The notes under the pieces: generated by a model
Told to the model about the DNA's origin: nothing
What the model saw: the letters and a program-made list of their open reading frames with translations, nothing else
Database searches by the model: none
Shown here: piece after piece, positions 19,401-28,676 of the stretch
How the letters are laid out: each line of letters begins with the position of its first letter
How positions within the stretch are numbered: position 1 is the first letter of the stretch
IMG/VR virus record: IMGVR_UViG_3300012927_000004
DNA: 64,000 bases
DNA from: a virus
Strand: one strand, 5' to 3'
Position numbers and translations under genes: made by a program

Positions 19401-22400
19401 GGTGGTTTAGGAGGCGGTCTTCGTTCCATATTAGGAGGGTTCGGTTCAGGTAAAACGAACAAAACTCTTGAAAAGATACTTGGAATATTGAAGAAATGGG
19501 ATAAGCGAGGAATGGGTGGTGGTATGAGTGGAGCATCTCCCACAACAGCTGCCGCAGCTGCGATGGATAGTGACGATACATCATCAGTAGGAGGATCTGG
19601 ACAAGGTTTTGCTGCTATGGGAGCAGTTAGTTCCGGACTTCGCGGACTGCGTAATATTATCGGTGGTCCTAAAGCACAAGCTCTATTTGGACGGTTTAAA
19701 GGTCTGAAAGGTATTAAACGTTTAGGTGGTTTAGGAGGCGGACGTCTAGGCCGTTGGGGTGGTGGATTGATGAGTGGGCTAGGTTCCTTATTTGGAGCTG
19801 GAGCGTCCGATGAATCTCACGACCCATCGGACCCACAACAAGCTGCTACCAAATCACCCGGACTATTTTCTCGTCTTATGAATTCCGTTAAACGAGTCTC
19901 TACAGGTCCGGCCGCTGAACTTAATCCAGAGGGTGAAAAAGGACGTCGTGGAGGTGATTGGCGTACTCGTCTGGAAAATATGAAAGGTGGTTTAAATAAT
20001 CAAGGTCCTGCTATTATTGCGGGTCCAAGATACCAAGAAAATACTGGAGGTGGTATCTTCGGTTTACTTAAAGGTTTTACCAGTTTCTTAACAGGTAACT
20101 TAGGCAGTATCTTCAGTTTCGCTAGAGGAACGTTAGGTAAACTAGGCGGGGTTGGTGGACGACTTGCAGGTATGTTGGGTAAAACTCGTCTAGGAGCTGC
20201 TGCTGGTAATTTACTTGGAAAAGTAGGAGCCCCTGTTCGTTCAGTATTAGGACGAGTAGGCGCTAGATTAGGTCTTAGTGCGGCTGCTGATGCGGTAGGT
20301 GCTACAGCTGCAGAAGGTGCTGTTGCAGCAGGTGCTGAAGCAGTTGTAGGAGCGGGTGTAGCCGAAGCAGGTATTGGAATCGTGGGTGCTGGTTTAACAG
20401 CCTTAGGTGCGATCTTTGCTTCTCCTTTTGTCCTCGGTGCCTTAGCTGTTGGTGTAGTTGCTTATGGAGGTTATAAACTCTTTAAGTATTTAACTCGCGA
20501 CAATCTTGACGAGTTCCAGAAATTCCGGTTTATGCAATACGGCTTTGGAACTTCATCAACGGAAAGCTATAATCATAAACTAGCAAATTTGGAAAACTAT
20601 CTGTTAGATGGTAAAGTCGCTTATCAACCAGCGCCTGGTTCTACAGATAAAAAGGCTTATATCTTAGGTAAAAGTGTGGTTGCTGAAGAACTCTATAAAG
20701 TCTTTGATGTTGATCCTACTAATCGAGATCAAGTCTATCCATTCCAGATCTGGCTCAAAGGACGGTTCCTTCCGTTCTTCTTAAATACCATGACTGCATT
20801 GTATAATACAAATCAGAAAGTCAAATTAGATAAATTAGATAAATTGACTCCGGATGAGAAACTTAAATTCTTGAAGGCAGCACAGTTCGATGGTGGTCCT
20901 TATAACCTTCTTGATAGTCCTGTTCCGACAGAAGTCATTTCTCTCTCTTCTAATAAAGAGGCGGTGAATAAACAAGTTGAATTCTTAATCGGCTCGGCTT
21001 CGTATGACAAAAAGAAACAACATGCACAAGCAACGAATTTAACTAAGCAAGATAAAGCCATTCTTGCTAACAAAATGGCTGCTGAAACAGCAGCACAAAC
21101 TAAGAAAGTAACTCAAGACACGCTAAACGCAGCTAAAGACAAAGTCTATCAGACACGTTTAGATACCGTTACTCAAAACGGTAATCAGGTTTCCAATAAT
21201 GGTAAACTACCTAGTGTTGTTAATACTGAAGCTGAAGGTTCAGTATTAGGTAAAGGTTCTGGTGGTACCGCTCTTGATCCTAGTGCTGTAGGTGGCACAA
21301 AGGGTGGTACGTCTAACCTAACATTGGCAGCAGGTGCTATCTTAGATGGCAATGGTGCAATGAAGTATATCAAACTGAAAGATCAGTCAGTGACTTTCGA
21401 TGGCGTCAATCCATCTGTTCTTAAGAACTTTATGGGAATGGTTCAAGAGTATGGTGATGCCACAGGTAATAGTGTTCAAGTCAATTCTGCTTATCGTAGT
21501 CTTCAAGAACAGATTGCCGAATATCAAAAGAATCCAGGTAAAGCTGCAAGACCCGGTGGAAGCATGCATGGGTTTGGTTTAGCTTTAGATGTGAATTCTA
21601 AAGATGTCGATGCATTGGAAAAGATGGGTCTTATGCGCAAGTATGGATTTACTCGTCCAGTAGGAGGAGAAACTTGGCATATAGAACCAGCTGGTGTTCA
21701 AGAAAATATTGCATTAGCAAAATCAAATCCGAATATGGCAACTCAGATGACAGACGCTTCTTTACTTAAAGGTGGTGGTGGACTTGGCTCTATAGCTGGT
21801 AGTCCTATGGGTAAACGAGATCGTGATCTTCAAGTTGCTATTTTGAATGCGGATTCACAACCAGCGAATAATACAACTGCAGGTTCTGCAGCAGGTAAGT
21901 TATCAAATTTAACAACACCCGCTACTGTTCCTACTGCTGCTAATGATAAGACGTACAATGCGTCTTCAGCAGTTGCTAAATTAGGAAATCAAAACCTTGC
22001 TCCAATGACTAATACGACAGGTAATAAGTCATTGAACGTAGTCAAGAATAATCAATACACCATGGATGTTTCACCGAAAACTTCTTTCGATACTGAGAAA
22101 GGTTCTCCCAGTACTCAAGCGGGTGGAATGGGAAGTGATAATGCTGATGGTAGTAACTTTACCATGGATCGTGATGGTATCTTAAAAGCCATTGATGTTA
22201 ATGCTAAGAAAGCGGGTGTGGATGGTAAACATATGCAAGTAATTGCAGCAGTTGAATCAGGTCTTGATCCTCAAGCGCGTGCTTCTTCTACAGGAGCATC
22301 AGGATTATTCCAATTCGAAGCAAGTACTTGGAATGAATCCATGCGCAAGTATGGAAGTAAATACGGTTTATCAGGTAACGAGTCTCCTAGCAATATTGGA

Positions 22401-23159
22401 GCGAGTACCGTTCTGGCAGGCGAATATATGAAGTCGAACCTGCAAGCTGTTAAACAAGCTAATCCTCAAGCTGGAGTTGTTGATGCTTACCTTGCACATT
22501 TCTTAGGTGCAAGTGGAGCACGAACATTTCTACATTCAAATCCACAAGCGATCGGAGCACAAGTTTTCCCAGGACCTGCTAAACGTAATCCTGGCATCTT
22601 CTTTGAAGGTGGACGTGCTTTAACGATCGCAGAAATTTATACGAAGATTGGTAATCGTCTTGATACTGCCGCTAAGTCTTTTGGAATTAGTGGTGTAACG
22701 ATTTCTAAATCATTCCCTAATTTACCATCAGGTCGAACCGGAATGATACCCGCTGTAGCGATGAATCAAAGCGTTGTGGGAACTTCAGCTGCTGTGTTTA
22801 GAGCACCAGCTTCTCCTGCAACTGGCGATTACCAATCTTCTCAAGGAATGACACCTGTTTATCAGCCACCGAAACAGATCGCTGCATCTTCACCGGTTTA
22901 TACTTCTAATCGGAGAGATAGTGATCGTATTGAATCGGGTCCAACACCGTTGGATAACATGGTTATCATTGCAGGAAGTACTTTAAATATTCAACAGAAG
23001 TCGCTCGATACTATGATCGAGATCCGTGATTTAATTAAGACTTTCGTAAGTATGAAGTCTGGCTCATCAACATCACCGGTTATAGCTGCTCAACAACCGA
23101 GTAATGCTGACGTTATTCAGCCAATGATTAATACTTCTCGTACACGAAATGTAACTTAA
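16458..23159 (+). CDS. giant tail/ejection protein, phiKZ gp181-like (2233 aa): S74-like module + Gly-rich region + M15 peptidase + lytic transglycosylase
   Basis: - 'SDRNAKTNI..YKYRY..GFMAQEV' is an intramolecular-chaperone / S74-like block (about 18590..18860).
- Gly-rich repeats and a hydrophobic stretch span about 19030..20480.
- 'SAYRSLQEQ..GGSMHGFGLALD..ETWHIEP' is VanY/M15-like (about 21470..21690).
- 'AAVESGLDP..ASGLFQF..AYLAHFLG' is SLT-type (about 22234..22540).
- Its size and its position next to the virion RNAP genes match phiKZ gp181. Confidence 0.85.
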   Translation: MAKQKKSRIDNGDFRFDSELDFNFDGGFDTFDTKKASKKRKPVHDVIRGTADATKSKLKSGSFWNDFAKKALPKSYSIITDELKKSSEILSETYRESARLLKPDLARIGRQVDSLVPEESRRIKKWTNKLKSHQEQNISASAEAFQNQAITQAQTEIFGRMQDHTDAKEARDRAEQRVKDKLDAKRFSANANILGNINEGIQRLASYTMSVNSSYQKKSLELQYRSYFVQAELLKTTTKYNELFKAYFEAIKDNTALPDFVKITKSERFREIARTNIYSGIQQGISGGFKRATKRLGGYVRGAAGRLGDITMGLDSVDMLRDQMKTAKEMGIDESMLYHSSNGIGGALIDFIASKAGKKLGRFFPQGGFVSRNLARGARFVKNPTQGIDKLQKSKGYQKFINQKGPMGDFARFMNMFVNDFKTPKENANLTKGGDSAGHMTPHFFSQKAHKSLTEVIPGYLARILQETSAIRMGSRNLGQLPTYDWRRGRFTTSSKLQSKIRTGLLGVSSTGAMDYKLDQVSKAFTGNELTGDQSVRVKQFIHTISGNPEMDYNSNKVFRSKAFLTLPREDRRMIITQMKKHRGSQEAKSVITNVMRDVGETHSNQIAAAKNMMQQLIQEGHQEELIRAKLIRPNKQGGYDINLQKYNQLIQSRGITAKGIAPKKASGWIIPTNEKGEHENIGDIEGKIYDTSKKRYMHDPNYTPDPDKKPFMTFSDRNAKTNIGKNRRRGVLSRLARLATYKYRYRGGNDKNQHQGFMAQEVNKTFGDNAAPGGTAVDMSYMTSMNTEGIQELHRDQQKQMKDPTSIDLLRDISKRLGELGAISKVGMGIEPTGDSKSLFGDTANLASRYIRILASRGAAGTGRAGRLLFGTAGAIGRLVRRHGGGLLSNVGDLAGEYGPSVAHQGISGLGRGGRFLLGATGGLFGAAGGVGRLTRRALGRYARPAISSTAGFIGNHLFDGLGRMGDFLTGSAKLGGRALGGLGGGLRSILGGFGSGKTNKTLEKILGILKKWDKRGMGGGMSGASPTTAAAAAMDSDDTSSVGGSGQGFAAMGAVSSGLRGLRNIIGGPKAQALFGRFKGLKGIKRLGGLGGGRLGRWGGGLMSGLGSLFGAGASDESHDPSDPQQAATKSPGLFSRLMNSVKRVSTGPAAELNPEGEKGRRGGDWRTRLENMKGGLNNQGPAIIAGPRYQENTGGGIFGLLKGFTSFLTGNLGSIFSFARGTLGKLGGVGGRLAGMLGKTRLGAAAGNLLGKVGAPVRSVLGRVGARLGLSAAADAVGATAAEGAVAAGAEAVVGAGVAEAGIGIVGAGLTALGAIFASPFVLGALAVGVVAYGGYKLFKYLTRDNLDEFQKFRFMQYGFGTSSTESYNHKLANLENYLLDGKVAYQPAPGSTDKKAYILGKSVVAEELYKVFDVDPTNRDQVYPFQIWLKGRFLPFFLNTMTALYNTNQKVKLDKLDKLTPDEKLKFLKAAQFDGGPYNLLDSPVPTEVISLSSNKEAVNKQVEFLIGSASYDKKKQHAQATNLTKQDKAILANKMAAETAAQTKKVTQDTLNAAKDKVYQTRLDTVTQNGNQVSNNGKLPSVVNTEAEGSVLGKGSGGTALDPSAVGGTKGGTSNLTLAAGAILDGNGAMKYIKLKDQSVTFDGVNPSVLKNFMGMVQEYGDATGNSVQVNSAYRSLQEQIAEYQKNPGKAARPGGSMHGFGLALDVNSKDVDALEKMGLMRKYGFTRPVGGETWHIEPAGVQENIALAKSNPNMATQMTDASLLKGGGGLGSIAGSPMGKRDRDLQVAILNADSQPANNTTAGSAAGKLSNLTTPATVPTAANDKTYNASSAVAKLGNQNLAPMTNTTGNKSLNVVKNNQYTMDVSPKTSFDTEKGSPSTQAGGMGSDNADGSNFTMDRDGILKAIDVNAKKAGVDGKHMQVIAAVESGLDPQARASSTGASGLFQFEASTWNESMRKYGSKYGLSGNESPSNIGASTVLAGEYMKSNLQAVKQANPQAGVVDAYLAHFLGASGARTFLHSNPQAIGAQVFPGPAKRNPGIFFEGGRALTIAEIYTKIGNRLDTAAKSFGISGVTISKSFPNLPSGRTGMIPAVAMNQSVVGTSAAVFRAPASPATGDYQSSQGMTPVYQPPKQIAASSPVYTSNRRDSDRIESGPTPLDNMVIIAGSTLNIQQKSLDTMIEIRDLIKTFVSMKSGSSTSPVIAAQQPSNADVIQPMINTSRTRNVT

Positions 23160-23174
23160 TTGAATAATTAACAG

Positions 23175-23214
23175 AGATCGATCGCTCTTAGTGGGCGATC
23201 GATCTTTTTTTTTT
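23175..23214 (+). terminator. rho-independent terminator
   Basis: 11-bp stem 'agatcgatcgc' / 'gcgatcgatct' followed by T10. Confidence 0.8.
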
Positions 23215-23230
23215 ATTAAGGAGATACCTT

Positions 23231-25453
23231 TTGGCCGATACTTCTAGTAGCTCAGCAGCACCGCGTATCATTACAAATGAACAAGGGCAAATTGCACCAA
23301 CACAATCTCAGTATGCGTCTGGCATTGATCCTCTTTCTAATATCTTAGATAAGTCTTGGGTGCAAAATGCATTCATGATTTCTAATGCCGGATTTACTGA
23401 TCCTAACGATGTTGAAAATCGTTACTATAGTACAGCTAACATGAAATTCACAGATACGAGATTGGGAGGTAGTATAGGAATTAATCCACGTCCACAATTT
23501 TGTCAATACTCAGATATTCCAGTTGGTGGACGCTTAAAAGATGCTCGTAATACACCATCAATTCTTGATTTTAATGGTAATTACGGTATGGGTCGTCAAT
23601 ATAGTGAATTTATTGACGACGCTGCACAGCGAGTTTATATGACTTTCGGTGTTCCGCAATTCAATTCTCTCTTTCAATTCTTCTCAGCTGCTTATGAATC
23701 CAACCAAATGACACTGGCTCGTACTGGTCGAGCTAGTTCTATATTTTATACAGCAGGTCAGTTCGTAGGTGCTGGGGCATTGCTTTATGCATTTCCTCTA
23801 ATCTCAGTTGGGTTATTCTTAGGTAAACTTTATAACTTTTTTATAAGTAAACCTAAATCTAAATACTACAGTATGAAACCCACCATGTTCATGTATTGGA
23901 GTGCTGTTAATCAACTTGTTCAAGCCATGGCTATCAATCGTGGTATTCTTCCACGTATTTTAGCATCTGACGAAAAACAAAATATTGGCAGAGCTTATGT
24001 CTTAGATAATGACTTTCTTGCAGCACTTTCTGATCTTATGCCTGATGTATTTCGTGATGCTGGTTTAGGCAATTCCGATGATAAAGGAAGAGCTCCGTCA
24101 TTTGACGTATATGCTATTGCTACTAGAGCACAACGAGTAGCAAACCAATTACTTACCGAAGAATACAACAAACTAGACACGAGTGACGATATTCAACACG
24201 ATTTCTTAGGTTATGTTAAACAGACCATGACAGGAAATGGTGGACATTCAACAGCTATTACTAATAGTGATGGTAGTACCAGAATAGGTGCTACTCTTGA
24301 TAATTTTTCAAAGACAACTGTCTTACTTGAAAAGTTTTTTGAAACAATCACTAACATCGAAGCTTCTGTCAATACTTTTATGACTAATGATCTTGGCATA
24401 GGTATTGAAATTGATCCTCGTTCTGATACTGTTGCTAGTAAAAATAGTATTGGAGGTGATATAACAACTCCAAAACCAGGAGGTCAAGCAGAGGCTGTTG
24501 CAAACGGTCTTTTCTCTCAGATCGATGCACTTCAGCGAGATGGTGGATTATTTGCTACTTTCATTGTGGATTATACTGGCGCACAACAAGAAAGCTGGTC
24601 TAACTCAGCAACTGAATCTGAACTTCAACAGAAACTAAATGGAGCAGTATCTGGTTTCTCTGAAGCCCGATTTAGTCTTATGGAAGGAAATGTATTAGGA
24701 AGTGCTGTAGGAAGCGTTGTAGGTGCTGCCGCAAGCGCTGTAACAGACGCTCTATCTGGTGTAGCTTCTAAGATCACTGGTGGTCTCTCAGACACAATAC
24801 AAGGTCTTGCAGGTGCTGGCTATATAGATGTTCCTAAACACTGGAGTAGTTCATCTTTCCAGGGAACTCGTGCTAACTACACTATGCAATTAATCTCTCC
24901 TTATGGAAACCCTATTTCACAGTTGATGGCGATGGATATTCCACTTGCTATGCTAATGGTAGCAGCACTTCCACGCTCAACAGGTAAAGCTTCTTATACT
25001 GCACCATTTCTTTGTCAGTTATACGACAGAGGTCGGTGTCAGATTCGTTTAGGTATGATTGAAAGTCTTTCCTTTACACGAGGAACTTCGCATTTAGGGT
25101 TCTCCGATAATGGAAACGCAATGTGTATTGATGTTAACTTCAGTGTATTGGATCTTTCAAGCATTATGCACATGCCTATTTCATCAGGTTCTTTTGGTGG
25201 AATTGATATGACTATGGATGACGATAATATTTTGCAAGATTATCTTGCAGTAATTGCTGGTCAAAGTATTGAAAATCAAATCTATGCAATTCCGAAATTA
25301 AAGCTTAAAGCAGCTAAATTGATTATGAATGCATCTCGTCTAACTTCTCCAGCTTATTGGGGATTTGCTATGACTAATAATCCAGTTGCTCATCTCATGC
25401 AGGCATTTACTCGTCAAACTGCTGTACTTGATTTCTCTGGAGCGACACAGTAA
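23231..25453 (+). CDS. hypothetical virion-module protein (740 aa), TTG start
   Basis: TTG start with 'aaggag' 7 nt upstream. Long ORF containing a hydrophobic segment 'GAGALLYAFPLISVGLFLGKLY'. Confidence 0.6.
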   Translation: MADTSSSSAAPRIITNEQGQIAPTQSQYASGIDPLSNILDKSWVQNAFMISNAGFTDPNDVENRYYSTANMKFTDTRLGGSIGINPRPQFCQYSDIPVGGRLKDARNTPSILDFNGNYGMGRQYSEFIDDAAQRVYMTFGVPQFNSLFQFFSAAYESNQMTLARTGRASSIFYTAGQFVGAGALLYAFPLISVGLFLGKLYNFFISKPKSKYYSMKPTMFMYWSAVNQLVQAMAINRGILPRILASDEKQNIGRAYVLDNDFLAALSDLMPDVFRDAGLGNSDDKGRAPSFDVYAIATRAQRVANQLLTEEYNKLDTSDDIQHDFLGYVKQTMTGNGGHSTAITNSDGSTRIGATLDNFSKTTVLLEKFFETITNIEASVNTFMTNDLGIGIEIDPRSDTVASKNSIGGDITTPKPGGQAEAVANGLFSQIDALQRDGGLFATFIVDYTGAQQESWSNSATESELQQKLNGAVSGFSEARFSLMEGNVLGSAVGSVVGAAASAVTDALSGVASKITGGLSDTIQGLAGAGYIDVPKHWSSSSFQGTRANYTMQLISPYGNPISQLMAMDIPLAMLMVAALPRSTGKASYTAPFLCQLYDRGRCQIRLGMIESLSFTRGTSHLGFSDNGNAMCIDVNFSVLDLSSIMHMPISSGSFGGIDMTMDDDNILQDYLAVIAGQSIENQIYAIPKLKLKAAKLIMNASRLTSPAYWGFAMTNNPVAHLMQAFTRQTAVLDFSGATQ

Positions 25454-25460
25454 GACAACA

Positions 25461-25495
25461 CTACACACGACCTGAAATAATCAGGTCGTGTGTAG
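25461..25495. terminator. bidirectional hairpin terminator between convergent genes
   Basis: Perfect 15-bp stem 'ctacacacgacctga' / 'tcaggtcgtgtgtag' with loop 'aataa'. Confidence 0.7.
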
Positions 25496-25502
25496 AATTA
25501 TG

Positions 25503-26702
25503 TCAACAATTGAATTTAATACAACAGCTAGTTTGATTGGCCAACTGACGTAGATAACTAACCCCATTTGGATCATTCGCTATCATTGCTGCAATAACAC
25601 AATCTTCAGTTGTTCCAAAGGTGATAGTAAGATCACTTTCACTAAACGTATTATCAGCCACCATAGCAGATAATACTTCAGTAACATCAGACGAGACTGT
25701 TTGAATATGTTGAGTACTTGGAATTGCATCATAATCGCTAATATTCCAATTCGGATCTAACGCTATAATACTGTTGACTAATGCTGTACCTAAAGCTCCC
25801 ATGTTTTGTTCAGTAGAACCTGGCGGTAATGTAAACTGCGCCATAGTGTCTGTGATGATAGAAGGAGCGAAACTAATAGGGCTGTTGTCTGTTGTAATTA
25901 CAGCAGTAGCACCTATTGACATATCAATCACTGCAGTCGCATTGCCTTTCGTTGATTGTTCTGTCATGACGATACTGATAGCCCGTGCTAAAACATCAGG
26001 TGTCATATTTGGCGTATTACTTAATGCTTTCATTACACCCGTCATATTAGCATCATATCCTAAATTACCTAGAATAACAGTTTGACGAAGTAGCGCATTG
26101 TTATCAACAGATGTATGTGGATAATTACTATTCGATACTTTATCTATAGCTTTAACTAAAGTATCGTAATCATAAATAGGATTACCTACTGAAACGGGTT
26201 GTGAACATCCAGGAGGATTAGCAGCACCACTTGGAAGATGAACTGTAGGTCTATAGGGTTTACCTGTAGTAACATCTCCAAATAAATTCTTTCCATTATT
26301 AAGAACCCTCATATATCCTTGTACAACAGGATCATTCTTGAAGATTCCAGTTAATAAATTATTGATATCTTTAGATGAAAAACTATCGGTATTGAGAGTT
26401 GATTTTAAGATCCCTCTAACCTTACGAATAGCACTTTCAACTTTCAGAATCGTTGAAAGTGCTTTAGTTAATCCTAATGCTGATTCAACGCTATTTTTTG
26501 TTTTAACAACATCACTTATTAATGTACCAGCACTCATAGTTCTCGACATACTACTAATCGAGCTCAGTATTGATTTCGTAATTGCAGCAACGCTATTTGA
26601 TGCGCTATTTAAAATAACAGAGGGGTCACTCTGTTTGATTGACGTCATTGCGACGTTGAATTCTGTATCTAACGAATTAAATCGTACTGCCGGAATGGCC
26701 AT
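25503..26702 (-). CDS. hypothetical protein (399 aa), S/T/N-rich
   Basis: Long ORF. No motif recognised. Confidence 0.6.
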   Translation of the reverse strand: MAIPAVRFNSLDTEFNVAMTSIKQSDPSVILNSASNSVAAITKSILSSISSMSRTMSAGTLISDVVKTKNSVESALGLTKALSTILKVESAIRKVRGILKSTLNTDSFSSKDINNLLTGIFKNDPVVQGYMRVLNNGKNLFGDVTTGKPYRPTVHLPSGAANPPGCSQPVSVGNPIYDYDTLVKAIDKVSNSNYPHTSVDNNALLRQTVILGNLGYDANMTGVMKALSNTPNMTPDVLARAISIVMTEQSTKGNATAVIDMSIGATAVITTDNSPISFAPSIITDTMAQFTLPPGSTEQNMGALGTALVNSIIALDPNWNISDYDAIPSTQHIQTVSSDVTEVLSAMVADNTFSESDLTITFGTTEDCVIAAMIANDPNGVSYLRQLANQTSCCIKFNC

Positions 26703-26740
26703 TAAAATCTCCTATAACCATAGAATTCAATTAGAGACAT

Positions 26741-26780
26741 AAAAAAAAAAGAAGAGACCGGTGTTATCCGGTCTCTTCTT
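26741..26780 (-). terminator. rho-independent terminator of the 612-aa gene
   Basis: 13-bp stem 'aagaagagaccgg' / 'ccggtctcttctt'. The A10 run on the plus strand is a U-run after the hairpin on the minus strand. Confidence 0.75.
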
Positions 26781-26798
26781 ATAAACAACAGAGTGAAG

Positions 26799-28637
26799 TT
26801 ATCCTTCGATCAATTCACTCTCATTGACTACTGATACTTCCGTTGACATCGTGGTTGTGCCACTATCTTCCTGGAAGTTGGTATCGACTTCATCCTCATG
26901 GAGGAGACTGCTGTCCACGAGCGTTGCACCCGTGGTACCATCAACAACATCGACGAAGACGTTATCAGCACTACCTTCGACAAAGGTATTGCTATCGACC
27001 AAAACACCTTCCGTCGATTTGTCAGAAACGCCCTCGGTCTGCTTGTCGACATTCAGAGCGTAGCTGTGATCATCGGCAGACAGCTGTTGGGTGGGTTCAG
27101 GAATGATCTGACCACGGAACAACGTGAATGTATAGCCCTTGATATCGTACACCGGGTTCGCATTCAGCTCTTCCTCGTCAAACATCACACGTTCCTTGTT
27201 ATCGTCGTCGTGCGAACCTGTGCTGATACCAAAACACTTGACATTACCACTTAGGAACAACCCCGGCTGTTCATTCATCAGCATGATAAGGTTGAACGAC
27301 ACACCAAGCACAATGTACTTGTATTTGTCCGAATCCATCTGGTTACGAACAAGATCTTCTGCATCAACAACGAAAGGCGGCTTGACTCCGGTCTCGGTCA
27401 GAAGACTGTCGATCGGCTTGTACAACAGCACATCACGCTTCAGCTTAATGGTGTCACCACCTTCTGAATTTTCCATCACCACCTGTTTGTCACCTTCCCG
27501 ATCAATGTTCCGATCCATCAGCTTGAGCCACAGCGGAATGCTGTAGACTTCTATTTCACCGAGTACGCCTACCACAAACGTGTCCAACTTGATCAGGTTG
27601 TTTGTTTCGAAGCCATCGACAAAGGTCCGTTCGATAATCGGTGCTGCACGAATGACGTCATCACTTGTGATCAGACCCGCACGAAAAAGTTCCTGATGAT
27701 CGCTGATCTGCAATAGCGGAAGACTGACGTCGGCGACGACCGGACCAGTCTGAACCGCGATATCGTTGATCTTGACCGTACGACGGAACTGTTTGAGGAA
27801 CAGAATGTCGGTCGATTCGTTGATGCTGGGAACGAGGATCGTGTACTTCTGATCAGGCTTGAAGATGAAGATATCACGATCGCGCTTCGATGTCTTCGGA
27901 GTTTTCGATTCGTGAACCGGCTTCGACGTCGTTGGCTTCTTGCTTTCTTCACGAGTCTGCAGACGCCGCTTGGTGGATTCCGGAATCACCGGACGAATGG
28001 TTTCGTAGATGTCGGTCGGAGGATTGTTCGGATCATCGCACAGGAAACTGAAGTTCGGTTCCCTGCCTTCCTGAATGGCCTTCTGGATCTCCATGTAACC
28101 ATTCACAACCCAATCGTGATGCGCCGGACGAATCCGAACGCCCGTTTCGCCAGCACGATACATGTCGAACGGAAGTTCGTTCTCGTACATCTGCTGATTC
28201 AATTGCGTGCTGCAACGGATACGCTGATAAGCCGCATCCATGACGATCGCTTTGAGATGGGGAATCTTGCGCTGAGTCAACTGCTTGGTGAGACTCTGCA
28301 GTTCACGACCTACCGCAAAACGCAGACGATCCGAACGTTCTTCAGAACGGATGTAAGCCCAGAAGCCGCTGATCGTTGCGAAGTTCAGGAAGATGGGATG
28401 TTTGAAGTTCAACCGGTAGCTGAAGTCGAGCATTTTGCCGAGATTGGTCTCTGCGTAAAAGTCGATGTTGATGTGATCTTCACCATCACCCTTCCAGCTG
28501 TCAGCAGCTTTCCATACGCCTGTCTTCCCGTTGGTCTTGCGGACGACGAGATTATTGTTCCTCAGAGCGCCTGAAACGGCATCACCCATCGCGCTGTTGT
28601 GCTGACGGTCATAATTCTTGTTGTACTTCTTGGACAT
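26799..28637 (-). CDS. hypothetical protein (612 aa) in a GC-rich compositional island; basic linker, acidic C-terminus
   Basis: This is the longest ORF in a region where high GC creates many spurious alternative-frame ORFs. It has its own terminator. 'KKPTTSKPVHESKTPKTSKRDR' forms a basic linker, and the tail is D/E/T/S-rich. Confidence 0.7.
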   Translation of the reverse strand: MSKKYNKNYDRQHNSAMGDAVSGALRNNNLVVRKTNGKTGVWKAADSWKGDGEDHINIDFYAETNLGKMLDFSYRLNFKHPIFLNFATISGFWAYIRSEERSDRLRFAVGRELQSLTKQLTQRKIPHLKAIVMDAAYQRIRCSTQLNQQMYENELPFDMYRAGETGVRIRPAHHDWVVNGYMEIQKAIQEGREPNFSFLCDDPNNPPTDIYETIRPVIPESTKRRLQTREESKKPTTSKPVHESKTPKTSKRDRDIFIFKPDQKYTILVPSINESTDILFLKQFRRTVKINDIAVQTGPVVADVSLPLLQISDHQELFRAGLITSDDVIRAAPIIERTFVDGFETNNLIKLDTFVVGVLGEIEVYSIPLWLKLMDRNIDREGDKQVVMENSEGGDTIKLKRDVLLYKPIDSLLTETGVKPPFVVDAEDLVRNQMDSDKYKYIVLGVSFNLIMLMNEQPGLFLSGNVKCFGISTGSHDDDNKERVMFDEEELNANPVYDIKGYTFTLFRGQIIPEPTQQLSADDHSYALNVDKQTEGVSDKSTEGVLVDSNTFVEGSADNVFVDVVDGTTGATLVDSSLLHEDEVDTNFQEDSGTTTMSTEVSVVNESELIEG

Positions 28638-28676
28638 GATAGAATCCTTGAATTGTTAAAGAGAGAGAGAGAAAGA

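Noticed and set aside
19328-19584. Antisense P/R-rich ORFs within the gp181-like gene
   Set aside because: They are mirror images of the Gly-codon-rich (GGN) sense strand and are not independent genes.
26824-28574. A cluster of plus- and minus-strand ORFs (74-220 aa) overlapping the 612-aa gene
   Set aside because: They arise because the region is GC-rich, so stop codons are rare in all frames. Their products are low-complexity (R/S/P/T-rich), they lack RBSs, and they are nested in the much longer minus-strand ORF.
26799-28637. A weak resemblance of the 612-aa protein N-terminus to NADAR/YbiA-type domains (a '..F.TI.GFWAYIRS..' and '..AIVMDAAYQRI..L..M.EN.LPF' pattern)
   Set aside because: The pattern similarity is loose, and the characteristic E/H/Q/K catalytic positions are not evident. 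It cannot be supported without a profile search.
28659-28674. A (GA)n microsatellite-like run upstream of the 612-aa gene
   Set aside because: It is a short simple-sequence tract (about 16 nt) with no evidence of function. I mention it only as part of that gene's leader.
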